A DNA stretch of 31,444 nt from Candidatus Heimdallarchaeota archaeon B3_Heim (GTDB lineage: Archaea > Asgardarchaeota > Heimdallarchaeia > Hodarchaeales > Hodarchaeaceae), in NCBI GenBank assembly GCA_003144275.1, contig NJBF01000042.1, positions 1 to 31,444 of the forward strand, read 5' to 3'. Below, piece by piece: positions 17,233 through 27,511 of this stretch. Under the pieces are notes generated by a model, which ran no database searches, was not told where the DNA came from, and saw nothing but the letters and a program-made list of their open reading frames with translations. The position numbers and the translations under genes were made by a program. Position 1 is the first letter of the stretch. Every line of letters begins with the position of its first letter.

Positions 17233-20200
17233 TTATTTCTTATCTTTTTGACTTGTAAAGTCCATCATTTCGTCAAGAAGCTGCTCTGAATACTGTTCAT
17301 CAGCAGTAGATACTTTATTCTGCTCTCCGAGAAATTTTGTACTAATTAGTTGATATTTTTCTGTGAAAAGATCTAGCCATTTTTTCTTTTTGCGTCGTCC
17401 CAAATCAGGAAGGAGTTCATTTAATAGGTTAATGAAATTTATAGCAATCTCCTTTGAAGCTGTTTGATTTGAAAGATATGCAATTACCTTATCTAGAATT
17501 TCTAAAGACTTTATATAATCACTTGAGCTAAATTCACTTCTGAATTGAGATTCGAGAAGCTTAAATGTAGTTAATGCGCTACTTATACCTTGAGATACTT
17601 TTAATGCCTCTTCATGCGCAACTATTTTGATTTTTTTCTTTTTCTGGTGTGCATTTCCAATATTGAATAGAATTATGGCAGCTATATCCTTCTCTTCATC
17701 ATTCAATGATCCAGCGAGATTTCCTATCCATGGGATTACAGAAACTATTGTTTCTTCTGGGATATTTGTAGAAGTTATAAGTGGATTGAGCTGTTTGATA
17801 AATTCCAATTTAGCTCCTGGAAGAAGTGAACTAATGGCATCTTGATCCCGATCCAACAAATCTACTATATCTTTAAATAAAGATTGTTGAATAAATCTAT
17901 TAATTACATTTATTAGTAAGAAAATTGCCTGAGAACCCGCTTCTGGAATTTCTGAAATACTTTTGATAATTAAAGTTAATTGGGAGTAGAATAATTCCTT
18001 TTCATCCCGACTGAGAGTTTCAAACACTAAATTGATATACTTCTCAACAGTTTCTCGGACTAGTGAAGAATTTGGACTAGTAGAACCGATCAAAAGTTTA
18101 AAATAGAGTTTAAGGAGGTCCTTTGAATTCCCTGGGGCATATTGAAAAAAGTAAGGGAGAAAATCATGAATTAATATTGCTACTTCGTTAATCTTAAAAT
18201 CATCAATTCCAAGGTTTACAACATCATACACCTTGGAAATAGCTCCTTCATAATTCCCTCGTCCAATAAAAGCTTCTACCTTTTTCCGTTCGATTTCAAG
18301 GATTTTATCGGTACGATTAAAGTGTTTGTAAATACGTTCGAGAAGTTCTATGAAGCCTAAAGCTTCATCAAACCGTTTTTGAGAAAAGAGTTCATTAATA
18401 AAACCCATTGACACTTGAGTGATGGGTTGTATGGACAGAGTTACTTCAGTTGTGAAAACTCGTGATAATGGTTCCCAGGCACGTTCTAAAAAGATCATCG
18501 TGTAAGCGATATTATTAACACTCCATAATTTGCGTGCTTCTGCAAGTGCGATCGAAGATGCTTCTTGTAACATTTCTAAATCAGCGTAGATACTCAAAGC
18601 TTGATCTACTAACGTAAAATAAGTATCATAATCACTCTCAGCAAATCGATCTTTCGCATTGGTTAGATAGGTATCAGCAAGAGATAATGAATCGATTGAG
18701 GTTTTCTGTTCAGTGTCTGCTAAAAACTCTATACCTTGATCTGTTTTTCCATATTTTAATAGTGCAGATCCGAAGGATTTATCAAACTCAACTACTTCCT
18801 CAATTGTTCCTATTTGAGATATGATAGATCTAGCAGCTCTGAATTGTCGGAATGCTAGGCTTTCTGTTAATGGGATAAGCTGAATTGCCTTCTCCAGCAT
18901 TAAATTTGCCGCATCTGCATCTTGTTTTAACTGAATTAAACATGAAATCAAGAATTCGAGATAACGTCCAGCCATCGGATCGCTTGAATCTAGCTCAATA
19001 TGATGGTTTTTTCTATTTTCTACATAATCTAAGATTAGGCCGATTTTTTCCATGATTTGTTCGTTTAAGAAGATATTAAATGCCTTACCGAGATACTCAA
19101 AGCCTCGGTCATTTATTCCTTTTTCAAAGAAATGAACACTTATCTCAAAAGCTGAATCACCCTGAGCCTCTTTTATCCCAATAAAATCATACATATTTGT
19201 TATTAATGTATATACTGGATCAATAAAGGAGAATTCCTCATCATTTGCGAGAAATCGGTTAATTAATGCCTCTAACCGTTGTACAACAGGAATCACGTCT
19301 TCATGTTCTGCTTTCTCCTGAATCAGAAAATTCACTTGGTTATGTATCAAGGGGATCATATAGGTATATTGCCGTTTTTCCCTTAATCTTTCAATCATTG
19401 TATTTGACCGACTCATTGCTCTAGAAATATTCTTCATACGACGTAGATATTCAAAATTTTGGCTGTAAAGGGATAATGCTTCATCCACCTGATCGTTTTC
19501 CAATAAGAAGAGAGATTGCTGTGAGTAGAGCGAATCGTACTTATCCCCATCATCTAGTGCTAAATAGACGTTTCCAAGAATATTAATGAAATCACTCTGA
19601 AATATCGTTGATTTCAAGGGTTCAAATAATTCTTCCAAAGTCTTTGCATAAGCTTGCAACGAAGGAGGATCAACGTGTTGGAAAAGGGTACTTGTTTCTA
19701 GTAAATATTCTAGCTCTTTCTCGTAATTTCCCATCCTACTATAATATTTAGCAAATTTAATTTTTATCTGGCCAGCTGCCTCTTTTTCGGATATATCAAG
19801 AAAAGTTTTGACTAGAAATTTCTCTAATTTTTCCGCATCGAATACTTTGTTATTATCAAGAAGCTCATCAATTTTATTGTCGAGCTCATCCGTAATTTTG
19901 TGTATTCCAGCAAATCTTGAATGTGAGACTAAGATATCCACTGCTTTTTTAATATAAACAAAGTCATCAACGATTAAACCTTGGTTTATTAGCTGTTTTC
20001 CAATTTCACGTATGTAGATTGCCACACTCTCAATTTTTTGATCTCTAGCAGTTTCTTTACAGATATCACTAATTTTATTGAAATAACGCATGGGAAGAAG
20101 AGTGTTTGGATCCTCAAAGTTAGTTTTAGAAGAGTGATGAATGAGTTTAACCATCGCTCGTGTACCTTCTGAATAGAGATACTCAATAATTTCATTTGGT

Positions 20201-21156
20201 ACAGTTTCATCCCCAACTATACTTGAACTCTGAAGTGCATCATCAAAGGTTGTAAAAGCTGTTTCTAATTGATCATTATTTAGATAAATTCTTCCTACTT
20301 CAATTAATATCTTGGAAAAATCTTGCAATGACTGAGCTTGAAGATGAGCGGCTTTCGATCGGGTTATCAAAGTCTCTGCTAGTTCCCGTTTTTCTGGATC
20401 TGAAAAATTATTTTCGAGTAATTCGAGACCTAGGTCGGCATAAACTGTCTTTTCGATATTAATAACTTTGATATTGTGTTCTTGATCATCAAACAGATTA
20501 CGTGCTTCTTCAAACAGGTAAAATCCTTTGTCTAAGATATTTTTTCTAGTATTTAATTCTGCTTCGGCGAGTAAAGATTCAAAAGTTTCCTCTTGATTTT
20601 TCATAAGTGAGAAAATGATTCTTGATTTTTCGAATGCTTCCTCCGATTCATGTTCAGTCTTTTTGGAAGTTGCAAGTTTCTTTCCAACCTCTACAAATAC
20701 TTTTCCCGCAAGAAGAAACTCTTTGTTTCTCTGGGAAATTCCAGATACGGTTTCTCGACATTCCCCCAGAAAATATCTTGTCAAAGCTCCATTCTTTGTC
20801 ATATATTCTTCATTTTCCACTAATACCTTAATATATTCTTCAACAATCGGAATGGCTGATGCTGCGTAACGGAAGAGCTCCTTTTGTGTTTTATTCTTTC
20901 CTCGTCGAGCAACATTGATTATTCTTCTATATAAGACGATAACAGCTTCTGCACGTTTCTCTCTTTGTCGTGCAGAAATAGCACGCTCTAAGTATTTCAG
21001 GGCTTCTTGAAAATTTTTCTGTTCCTCAACGTAATAATCTGCTATTTCTACAGCTATTTTTGCGGCGTCATCCCACTTCTTCTTTTTCTCATATTTCTGT
21101 AGGTCTTTCGTTTGCTTTTCCAGATTCATATTATTCAACCACAATATATGAGACAA
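17233..21156 (-). CDS. Giant alpha-solenoid (TPR/SNAP-like) protein, 1307 aa
   Basis: All-helical pattern with recurrent A-x3-[YF]-x2-A motifs (EALKYLERA, AFTTFDDA, EALSLYSQ, AFRQFRAA), no TM segments. Start may be ATG 21129. Confidence 0.8.
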   Translation of the reverse strand: MSHILWLNNMNLEKQTKDLQKYEKKKKWDDAAKIAVEIADYYVEEQKNFQEALKYLERAISARQREKRAEAVIVLYRRIINVARRGKNKTQKELFRYAASAIPIVEEYIKVLVENEEYMTKNGALTRYFLGECRETVSGISQRNKEFLLAGKVFVEVGKKLATSKKTEHESEEAFEKSRIIFSLMKNQEETFESLLAEAELNTRKNILDKGFYLFEEARNLFDDQEHNIKVINIEKTVYADLGLELLENNFSDPEKRELAETLITRSKAAHLQAQSLQDFSKILIEVGRIYLNNDQLETAFTTFDDALQSSSIVGDETVPNEIIEYLYSEGTRAMVKLIHHSSKTNFEDPNTLLPMRYFNKISDICKETARDQKIESVAIYIREIGKQLINQGLIVDDFVYIKKAVDILVSHSRFAGIHKITDELDNKIDELLDNNKVFDAEKLEKFLVKTFLDISEKEAAGQIKIKFAKYYSRMGNYEKELEYLLETSTLFQHVDPPSLQAYAKTLEELFEPLKSTIFQSDFINILGNVYLALDDGDKYDSLYSQQSLFLLENDQVDEALSLYSQNFEYLRRMKNISRAMSRSNTMIERLREKRQYTYMIPLIHNQVNFLIQEKAEHEDVIPVVQRLEALINRFLANDEEFSFIDPVYTLITNMYDFIGIKEAQGDSAFEISVHFFEKGINDRGFEYLGKAFNIFLNEQIMEKIGLILDYVENRKNHHIELDSSDPMAGRYLEFLISCLIQLKQDADAANLMLEKAIQLIPLTESLAFRQFRAARSIISQIGTIEEVVEFDKSFGSALLKYGKTDQGIEFLADTEQKTSIDSLSLADTYLTNAKDRFAESDYDTYFTLVDQALSIYADLEMLQEASSIALAEARKLWSVNNIAYTMIFLERAWEPLSRVFTTEVTLSIQPITQVSMGFINELFSQKRFDEALGFIELLERIYKHFNRTDKILEIERKKVEAFIGRGNYEGAISKVYDVVNLGIDDFKINEVAILIHDFLPYFFQYAPGNSKDLLKLYFKLLIGSTSPNSSLVRETVEKYINLVFETLSRDEKELFYSQLTLIIKSISEIPEAGSQAIFLLINVINRFIQQSLFKDIVDLLDRDQDAISSLLPGAKLEFIKQLNPLITSTNIPEETIVSVIPWIGNLAGSLNDEEKDIAAIILFNIGNAHQKKKKIKIVAHEEALKVSQGISSALTTFKLLESQFRSEFSSSDYIKSLEILDKVIAYLSNQTASKEIAINFINLLNELLPDLGRRKKKKWLDLFTEKYQLISTKFLGEQNKVSTADEQYSEQLLDEMMDFTSQKDKK

Positions 21157-21189
21157 CTGGATGTTCTAAGTACAAAATAAAATTCTGTT

Positions 21190-21245
21190 GATATAAAACT
21201 TCCAGAACTAGTGTAACTAAATTACTTTCTGGTGAGCTTTATATA
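21190..21245. promoter_or_regulatory. Divergent TATA boxes for the solenoid gene and glgA
   Basis: TTTTATAT on - (~21198-21191) and TTTATATA on + (21238-21245). Confidence 0.45.
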
Positions 21246-21319
21246 CTAATTTTAATGAATAACTAGTACTTTTGACAGAAATTGGAGAGAATCGGAAAAT
21301 AACTTGGTGTCAAAGAACT

Positions 21320-22771
21320 ATGCGTGTAGCAATGTTTGCCAGCGAAATGGATCCTTATGTGAAAACAGGAGGTTTAGCTGATGTCATTAGTTCCCTTCCT
21401 AAAGAGTTACTCCCCTATGTAGATAATGTGGATGTGTTTATACCTTATTATCGTAATATAAAGAGAAGTAATATTCCAGTAGAACAAACAGACATTAATT
21501 TCAGTCAAAAAATAGGGTCTAAGCACTATAAAGGCAAGGTGTTTAGGATGGAGGATAGTGGTATCTCTGTTTACCTTATTGATAATTATCATCTATTTCG
21601 TAAACGTTCTGATGTATATGTCCGCCATGGGAAAGACTATCCTGATAATTTAGAAAGATTTGTCTTTTTCTGTAAAGGGGCGCTGAGGGTAGTCGAACAA
21701 TTATCAGTAAACCAAAATTATAATATTTTCCATTGTCACGACTGGCAAACGGCTTTAATCCCATTATATACGAAATTATCTGATTTTTTCCAGGCAGAGA
21801 AGCGCCCATTAACAGTTTATACTATTCATAATCTTGCCTATCAAGGAAAATTTCCACGATCAAAATTCCCTTTGCTTCAGATCCCTAGAACGTATTTAGA
21901 ACCAAAGTATTTAGAATCATGGGGGAAGATAAATCTAATGAAAGCTGGACTACTGTTCGCTGATGAGTTGACAACTGTAAGTCCAACTTATGCACAGGAA
22001 ATACAAACGAAAGAATTAGGAGTAGGCCTTCATGAAATTCTTGCATCTCGTCAAAAGAATCTAACAGGGATTCTAAACGGTGTAGACTATTCGATTTGGA
22101 ATCCTAAATTTTCATCACATTTATCTGCAAATTACTCTTCGGATGATTTAGCTGGGAAAAGAATTTGTAAAAAATTTCTGCAGAAATATTATCATCTCCC
22201 AGTCAAACCTGACGCATTACTTACGGGTATTGTTTCCAGACTGGCATGGCAGAAAGGAATGGATTTAGTTCTATCTGTACTCCCAGACTTTCTATCAACT
22301 GAGCAAATTCAATTCGTTTTACTTGGAACAGGAGACTCAAAGCTTGAGGAAGATTTTTTAGCCCTAGAGAGACAATATCCAAAGCAGGTAGGGATAAAAA
22401 TAGGTTTTGGTGAAGCTTTGGCCCACCAGATAGAGGCAGGCATTGACGTGTTCTTGATGCCTTCACGCTACGAACCATGTGGGCTTAATGATAAGTATAG
22501 TTTAAAGTATGGATCTGTTCCGATAGTTCATTGTACTGGTGGGCTTGCAGATAGCGTAATAGATTACCAAACTCACCCTAACGATGGAACGGGATTTGTT
22601 TTTGGTCAATTCAATCCAGACTCATTCAAGAAAGCAGTATTAAACGCTCTGAAGATTTTTCAAGTGAAGTCTGAGTGGGTGAAATTGATACAAAGAGGTA
22701 TGCAGCAAGATTTTTCTTGGTCAAAATCGGCTGAACAATACTTGCAGGTCTATAAACGGAAAAGCAACTAA
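21320..22771 (+). CDS. glgA: Glycogen/starch synthase (GT5, GlgA-type)
   Basis: KTGGLADV, HCHDWQT, TIHNLAYQG, GILNG, SRLAWQKG, PSRYEPCGL. Start set at ATG 21320 (MRVAMF); the ORF track starts at TTG 21272. Confidence 0.93.
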   Translation: MRVAMFASEMDPYVKTGGLADVISSLPKELLPYVDNVDVFIPYYRNIKRSNIPVEQTDINFSQKIGSKHYKGKVFRMEDSGISVYLIDNYHLFRKRSDVYVRHGKDYPDNLERFVFFCKGALRVVEQLSVNQNYNIFHCHDWQTALIPLYTKLSDFFQAEKRPLTVYTIHNLAYQGKFPRSKFPLLQIPRTYLEPKYLESWGKINLMKAGLLFADELTTVSPTYAQEIQTKELGVGLHEILASRQKNLTGILNGVDYSIWNPKFSSHLSANYSSDDLAGKRICKKFLQKYYHLPVKPDALLTGIVSRLAWQKGMDLVLSVLPDFLSTEQIQFVLLGTGDSKLEEDFLALERQYPKQVGIKIGFGEALAHQIEAGIDVFLMPSRYEPCGLNDKYSLKYGSVPIVHCTGGLADSVIDYQTHPNDGTGFVFGQFNPDSFKKAVLNALKIFQVKSEWVKLIQRGMQQDFSWSKSAEQYLQVYKRKSN

Positions 22772-22783
22772 TTGGTGAATGAA

Positions 22784-24091
22784 ATGGTAGAATTAGCAAT
22801 TTTAAAAGGGACTAATGATCGTCTTCCAGAGGAACAAGTGCTACGTGAAGAAATAATTGATATTTTAAAAGAATCGTTCCAATTGTATGGATTTCAACCA
22901 GCGACAACACCAATTCTTGAACTTTGGGAAGTTCTCGCCTCAAAATATTCTGGCGGGGAAGAAATCCTAAAAGAAGCCTACAAATTGACCGATCAAGGTC
23001 AACGAGAATTAGGGTTAAGGTATGATCTCTCTGTTCCTTTAGCTAGATTGATAGGAATGAATCCCCATTTGAGTAAACCATTCAAGCGATATGAAATTGG
23101 CCCTTGTTTCCGTGATGGACCAATTAAAAAAGGTAGATACCGTGAGTTTGTACAGTGTGATGCTGACACTGTGGGTGTAACATCGATGCTAGCTGATGCC
23201 GAGTGTTTAGCATTAGCTCACCACATATTTTCAAAACTAGGTTTGGATGTATATTTAGAGGTTAATAACCGAAAATTGCTCTCAGGTATCTTAATTGCTG
23301 CAGGAATTCCGTCAGAATTACTGAGTACAGCAATATTGTCAATAGATAAAATGAAAAAGATTGGGATTGAGGGTGTACGTGCAGAATTAGTCGATAAGGG
23401 TATTAGTTCAGATCTGACAGAGAGTATTTTTGAATATTTTAGCTTAGAAGCCCCATATTTAGAGATATTAGATCAATTAGAAAAGAAGATTGATAATACT
23501 ATAGGAAAACAAGGTATTCTGGAATTGAGGGAATTACACAGATATTTAACACTTTTTGACATAATAGATGATGTTAAACTGTTGTATAGCCTAGCTCGAG
23601 GGTTAGAAATATATACAGGAACAGTTTTTGAAGCGTTTACAAAAGATCCAACGATTTTGGAATCGTCGTTATGTGCTGGTGGGCGTTATGATCAGATTAT
23701 TGGGAAATTCCTTAATTCAGAACAAGTTATTCCAGCTGTTGGAATTTCTTTTGGATTAGAAACTATTTACGATGCATTGGCTACAAGACAAACACCTCCA
23801 GCAAGTAAAACCCAAGTATATCTTATTCCCATAAAAACACTCGACTTATGTGTTGAGATTACCACAATGTTACGACAGAAAGGAATTCCAACTGAAGTTG
23901 ATCTTTTAAAACGTAATATATCAAAAAATCTTGAACATGCAAATCGTCAGCAAATTCCATTTGTAATGATTGTCGGCAAACGAGATTTAGCCCAAAATAC
24001 GGCAACACTTAAGGATATGCGAAAGGGCACTGAAAGTTCAATCAAACGAGATAAAATATACTCCCATCTGAGTAAATTACTTGGAGAATGA
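22784..24091 (+). CDS. hisS: Histidyl-tRNA synthetase
   Basis: KGTND, LRYDLSVPLAR, FRD..GRYREFVQCD, ARGLEIYTG, GGRYD, C-terminal anticodon-binding domain. ATG 22784 has GGTGA 5 nt upstream. Confidence 0.95.
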   Translation: MVELAILKGTNDRLPEEQVLREEIIDILKESFQLYGFQPATTPILELWEVLASKYSGGEEILKEAYKLTDQGQRELGLRYDLSVPLARLIGMNPHLSKPFKRYEIGPCFRDGPIKKGRYREFVQCDADTVGVTSMLADAECLALAHHIFSKLGLDVYLEVNNRKLLSGILIAAGIPSELLSTAILSIDKMKKIGIEGVRAELVDKGISSDLTESIFEYFSLEAPYLEILDQLEKKIDNTIGKQGILELRELHRYLTLFDIIDDVKLLYSLARGLEIYTGTVFEAFTKDPTILESSLCAGGRYDQIIGKFLNSEQVIPAVGISFGLETIYDALATRQTPPASKTQVYLIPIKTLDLCVEITTMLRQKGIPTEVDLLKRNISKNLEHANRQQIPFVMIVGKRDLAQNTATLKDMRKGTESSIKRDKIYSHLSKLLGE

Positions 24092-24236
24092 TAATACTAA
24101 AGCAGAATGCTTTATTATTTCAAAGATTCGATCTATGTTCTTATCCACAAGAAAGAATTGTCGATAACTTGAAAAGCTCGCTTAGATTAGCAGGAGTATT
24201 CATTCAAGAACACCCAGTTTTGGAGTTATACCTAAT

Positions 24237-25633
24237 ATGGCAACAGAAAATCATACTAACGTACGAACGATGGCTTCCTATGGTGTTGGGAAGTTTAATG
24301 CGGAATTTTTAGCACAAGCATTTGGCGTGGTTGTCTTTAAATTTTATGAAACTGAAGTTCATTTAGCCAGTTGGTTAACAGCTATTGCATTGATAATATA
24401 TTCAATTTACAACGCAATTAATGATCCCCAATTGGTTACTTAACAGAGAAGCGGACAACTCGCTTTTCTAAAAGATTTGGCAGAAGATTCCCTTGGATCA
24501 TTGGTGGATCATTTATATGGGTTTTCACATTTATTCTAATATTTGCTATCCCTGATTTCGTTCAAAATGATCAAACCTTACTATTCATATGGATGATTCT
24601 GACTACATGTCTTTTTGACACCTTTTATAGTCTCTGGGATGTAAATTACCAATCTATATTCCCCGATAAATTCCGATCTGAATCTGTACGAAGTCGTGCT
24701 GCAAGTATTGCTACAGTGATTGGAATTTTCGGAATTGCTATTGGATTTATTTTACCATCAGAATTAACAACATTCGGAGTCCCGTCATCTTATGTCACCA
24801 TGGCTATTGTCGTTGCTGTAGTTGGATTCTTTTTAGTATTTTTGCTGATTCCAGGTGTTAAAGAATCCCCTGATATGATCGATCGCTTTTACAAGGATCG
24901 TGAATCCTCAGAGAGCAGTTCTTTCTTTGGTGAATTAGCTAGGGCATTTAGAGTTAGAAACTTTTTGGCCTGGATAATTATGTATTTCTTCTATCAGAGT
25001 GCTATAAACTCTCTGGTCGGATCAGTACAGTATATAGGTGATTATGTTCTTCCTCCTGATTCTTCCACTACTCTAATGTTTGTTGGCTTATTAGTGGGAG
25101 CAATTTTTGGAATTATAATTTGGCTACAATTTCGCAAACTGCTGGGAGATCGAATTACTAATCAACGCTTGATGATGATTACTGCATTGGTTATGGCATT
25201 TTTCGCCCTTCCAATGACCCTCCTCGAAATCAATTCTGTTAGTCTCTTTACTATCTTTCTATTTCTTGGGGGAATTGGTTTTGGAGGTTATTGGATGATT
25301 ATGACCCCTGCTTTAGCTGATGTAATTGATGAGATTGTAATAAAAACTGGCAAACGTAATGATGGAATATTCATGGGATTTAGGTCTTTCTTCGGGAGAC
25401 TAGCGTTTGCTGTTCAAGCAATATCTTTCTGGTTGATTCATGAACTTACCGACTTTAACCCAGTTGCTGGAGCAACACAAACCGAAACAGCAATATTTGG
25501 TATACATATTCACACAGCGTTGTTACCAGCTATCTTTTTAGTGATAGGTGTATTTGTGTTCTGGAGAATGAATACTTTAACACATACCAGTGTGCAAGAG
25601 AATAAAGAAAGATTAAAAGAGATGGGGCTTTAG
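24237..25633 (+). pseudogene. GPH/MelB-type MFS transporter interrupted by a 1-nt deletion at ~24429
   Basis: Frame 1 ends ...YNAINDP-Q-L-V-T-stop (24443). The -1 frame continues IGYLTEKRTTRFSKRFGRRFPW (the DP-x-x-G..D/E..RFGRRRPW motif) into the 24593-25633 ORF. Confidence 0.85.
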
Positions 25634-25668
25634 ATCAAATCCCCCTATCTCATTAATATATTTTTACT

Positions 25669-27294
25669 TCAAGTATTGAATGATGATGTTCGTTTAACAC
25701 ACGCTTCCACAAAGGACTGAAATATTTTCGACGGTTGTTCAAATCGTGACAAGTATTCAGGGTGGAACTGAGTACCTATAAAGAATGGGTGATCAATGAG
25801 CTCAATTATGTGAATAACATCTTCTTCAGGTGATATTCCTGAAAAAATCATCCCTTTTTCTCTTAAAATTTGTAGATATTTTGGAGTTACTTCAAAACGA
25901 TGTCGAAATCTTTCACGTACATATTCCTCTTGATATACCTGGTATGCTAAAGTATCAGCTAATATTTTTACTGGATATCCTCCAAGACGCATGGTTCCTC
26001 CCTTCCGATAGACTGATTGCTGTGAGGGAAGAAGAGAAACGACTGGATATTCTGTGTTAAGAGAAAATTCCGTAGAATTAGCATTCACCAAGTTACATAC
26101 ATTTCGGGCAAATTCGATGACTGCACATTGTAGACCTAAGCAAATTCCTAAGAAAGGTATTGATGATTCACGAATCTTTTGGATAAGTTTAATTTTTCCT
26201 TCGATCCCTCTATGACCAAACCCGCCAGGGATAATAAACCCGTCATAGTTTTGTATATGAATATCTATGCTTTTTTCATCTAGATCAGTGGTTTCAATAA
26301 ATGTGGATTCGACTTGTATTCCAAGATGGGCACTTACATGTTTCAAAGCTTTAGTGATCGAAACATACGCATCTCCCAAATCTGTATATTTTCCCCCAAT
26401 TCCAATCTTCAGTTTTCCTGTTGGCCGTTCTAAATTATCCACAAGTTCTCGCCATTTTTGTAAAGTAGGAACCTTTTTTGGTCCAATATGCAAGGTATTA
26501 AAGACACAGGTAAGAATTCCTTCTTCTAATAGTTGAAATGGATATTTATAGATTGTACTAACATTGTGACCAGAAATAACCGCGGATTTCTCAATATTAC
26601 AGAATAACGCAATTTTCGATCTAGTTTTTTCAATTAAAGGTTTTTTAGAACGACACAGGAGGATATTTGGTTGAATTCCCATTCCTTGAAGAACTTTGAC
26701 GCTTGCTTGAGAGGGTTTGGTTTTCTGCTCTCCCACCGCATCAAGGACAGGGATCAAGGTTACATGGCACCAACAAACGTTTTCTGGTTTAGCTTGTAAG
26801 CTGAGTTGGCGTAAAGCTTCGATGAAATAGGCATTTTCAATATCTCCCACCGTCCCACCTACTTCAATCAGGGTAATATCTGTAGATTCATCCTTTTGAC
26901 GAATCCAATCAATTATTTCATTCGTAACATGGGGAATAAACTGAATATCTTCACCTAGAAATTCTCCCTTTCTTTCCTTCTCAATGATGTTATGAAAAAT
27001 TCTTCCTCCTGTTAAGGAAGACCACGAATCCAATGAAATATTCAAAAAACGTTCATATTCTCCTAAATCCATATCTGTTTCTGTACCATCATCCAGTACA
27101 AATACTTCTCCATGTTTAAAAGGATTGATTGTACCTGCATCCATATTTAGATAGCCATCAAATTTTATTGGTGAGATTGTATAACCTGAGGCGTTTAAGA
27201 GTTTGGCGAGCGATGCTGCTAATAATCCTTTCCCTAACCCGCTCATAACTCCACCTGTTATTACTAAATACTTATGAACGATTTTTCTCACCAA
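25669..27294 (-). CDS. pyrG: CTP synthase
   Basis: ITGGVMSGLGKG, GEVFVLDDGTETDMDLGEYERF, IEVGGTVGDIE, KTKPSQ, GICLGLQ (catalytic Cys), RHRFEV, QFHPE. Confidence 0.97.
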   Translation of the reverse strand: MVRKIVHKYLVITGGVMSGLGKGLLAASLAKLLNASGYTISPIKFDGYLNMDAGTINPFKHGEVFVLDDGTETDMDLGEYERFLNISLDSWSSLTGGRIFHNIIEKERKGEFLGEDIQFIPHVTNEIIDWIRQKDESTDITLIEVGGTVGDIENAYFIEALRQLSLQAKPENVCWCHVTLIPVLDAVGEQKTKPSQASVKVLQGMGIQPNILLCRSKKPLIEKTRSKIALFCNIEKSAVISGHNVSTIYKYPFQLLEEGILTCVFNTLHIGPKKVPTLQKWRELVDNLERPTGKLKIGIGGKYTDLGDAYVSITKALKHVSAHLGIQVESTFIETTDLDEKSIDIHIQNYDGFIIPGGFGHRGIEGKIKLIQKIRESSIPFLGICLGLQCAVIEFARNVCNLVNANSTEFSLNTEYPVVSLLPSQQSVYRKGGTMRLGGYPVKILADTLAYQVYQEEYVRERFRHRFEVTPKYLQILREKGMIFSGISPEEDVIHIIELIDHPFFIGTQFHPEYLSRFEQPSKIFQSFVEACVKRTSSFNT

Positions 27295-27331
27295 AATAAG
27301 GATGAATAGAGGAGAGGATTCGTTGATTGTA

Positions 27332-27343
27332 TTATAAACTTTT
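27332..27343 (-). promoter_or_regulatory. BRE/TATA of pyrG
   Basis: Minus strand AAAAGTTTATAA about 40 nt upstream of the start. Confidence 0.5.
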
Positions 27344-27511
27344 GTCTATTCGAAGTCTAAGAATGAGAATGGTCAGAAGTATAAGTAAAATAATAAGTGA
27401 TTAATAACAATTTAATCCCTAAACCTCTTCATAACAATGGAATTGTTTTGGGAATATAATCACCCTGAAAACTTCTAAAAATAAAACTTTAAATTGGGAA
27501 GAATGAAGTGA

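Noticed and set aside
24088-24312. 74-aa ORF overlapping the hisS stop by ATGA
   Set aside because: Overlaps the MFS start in another frame and has no protein-like features; the ATGA is probably coincidental.
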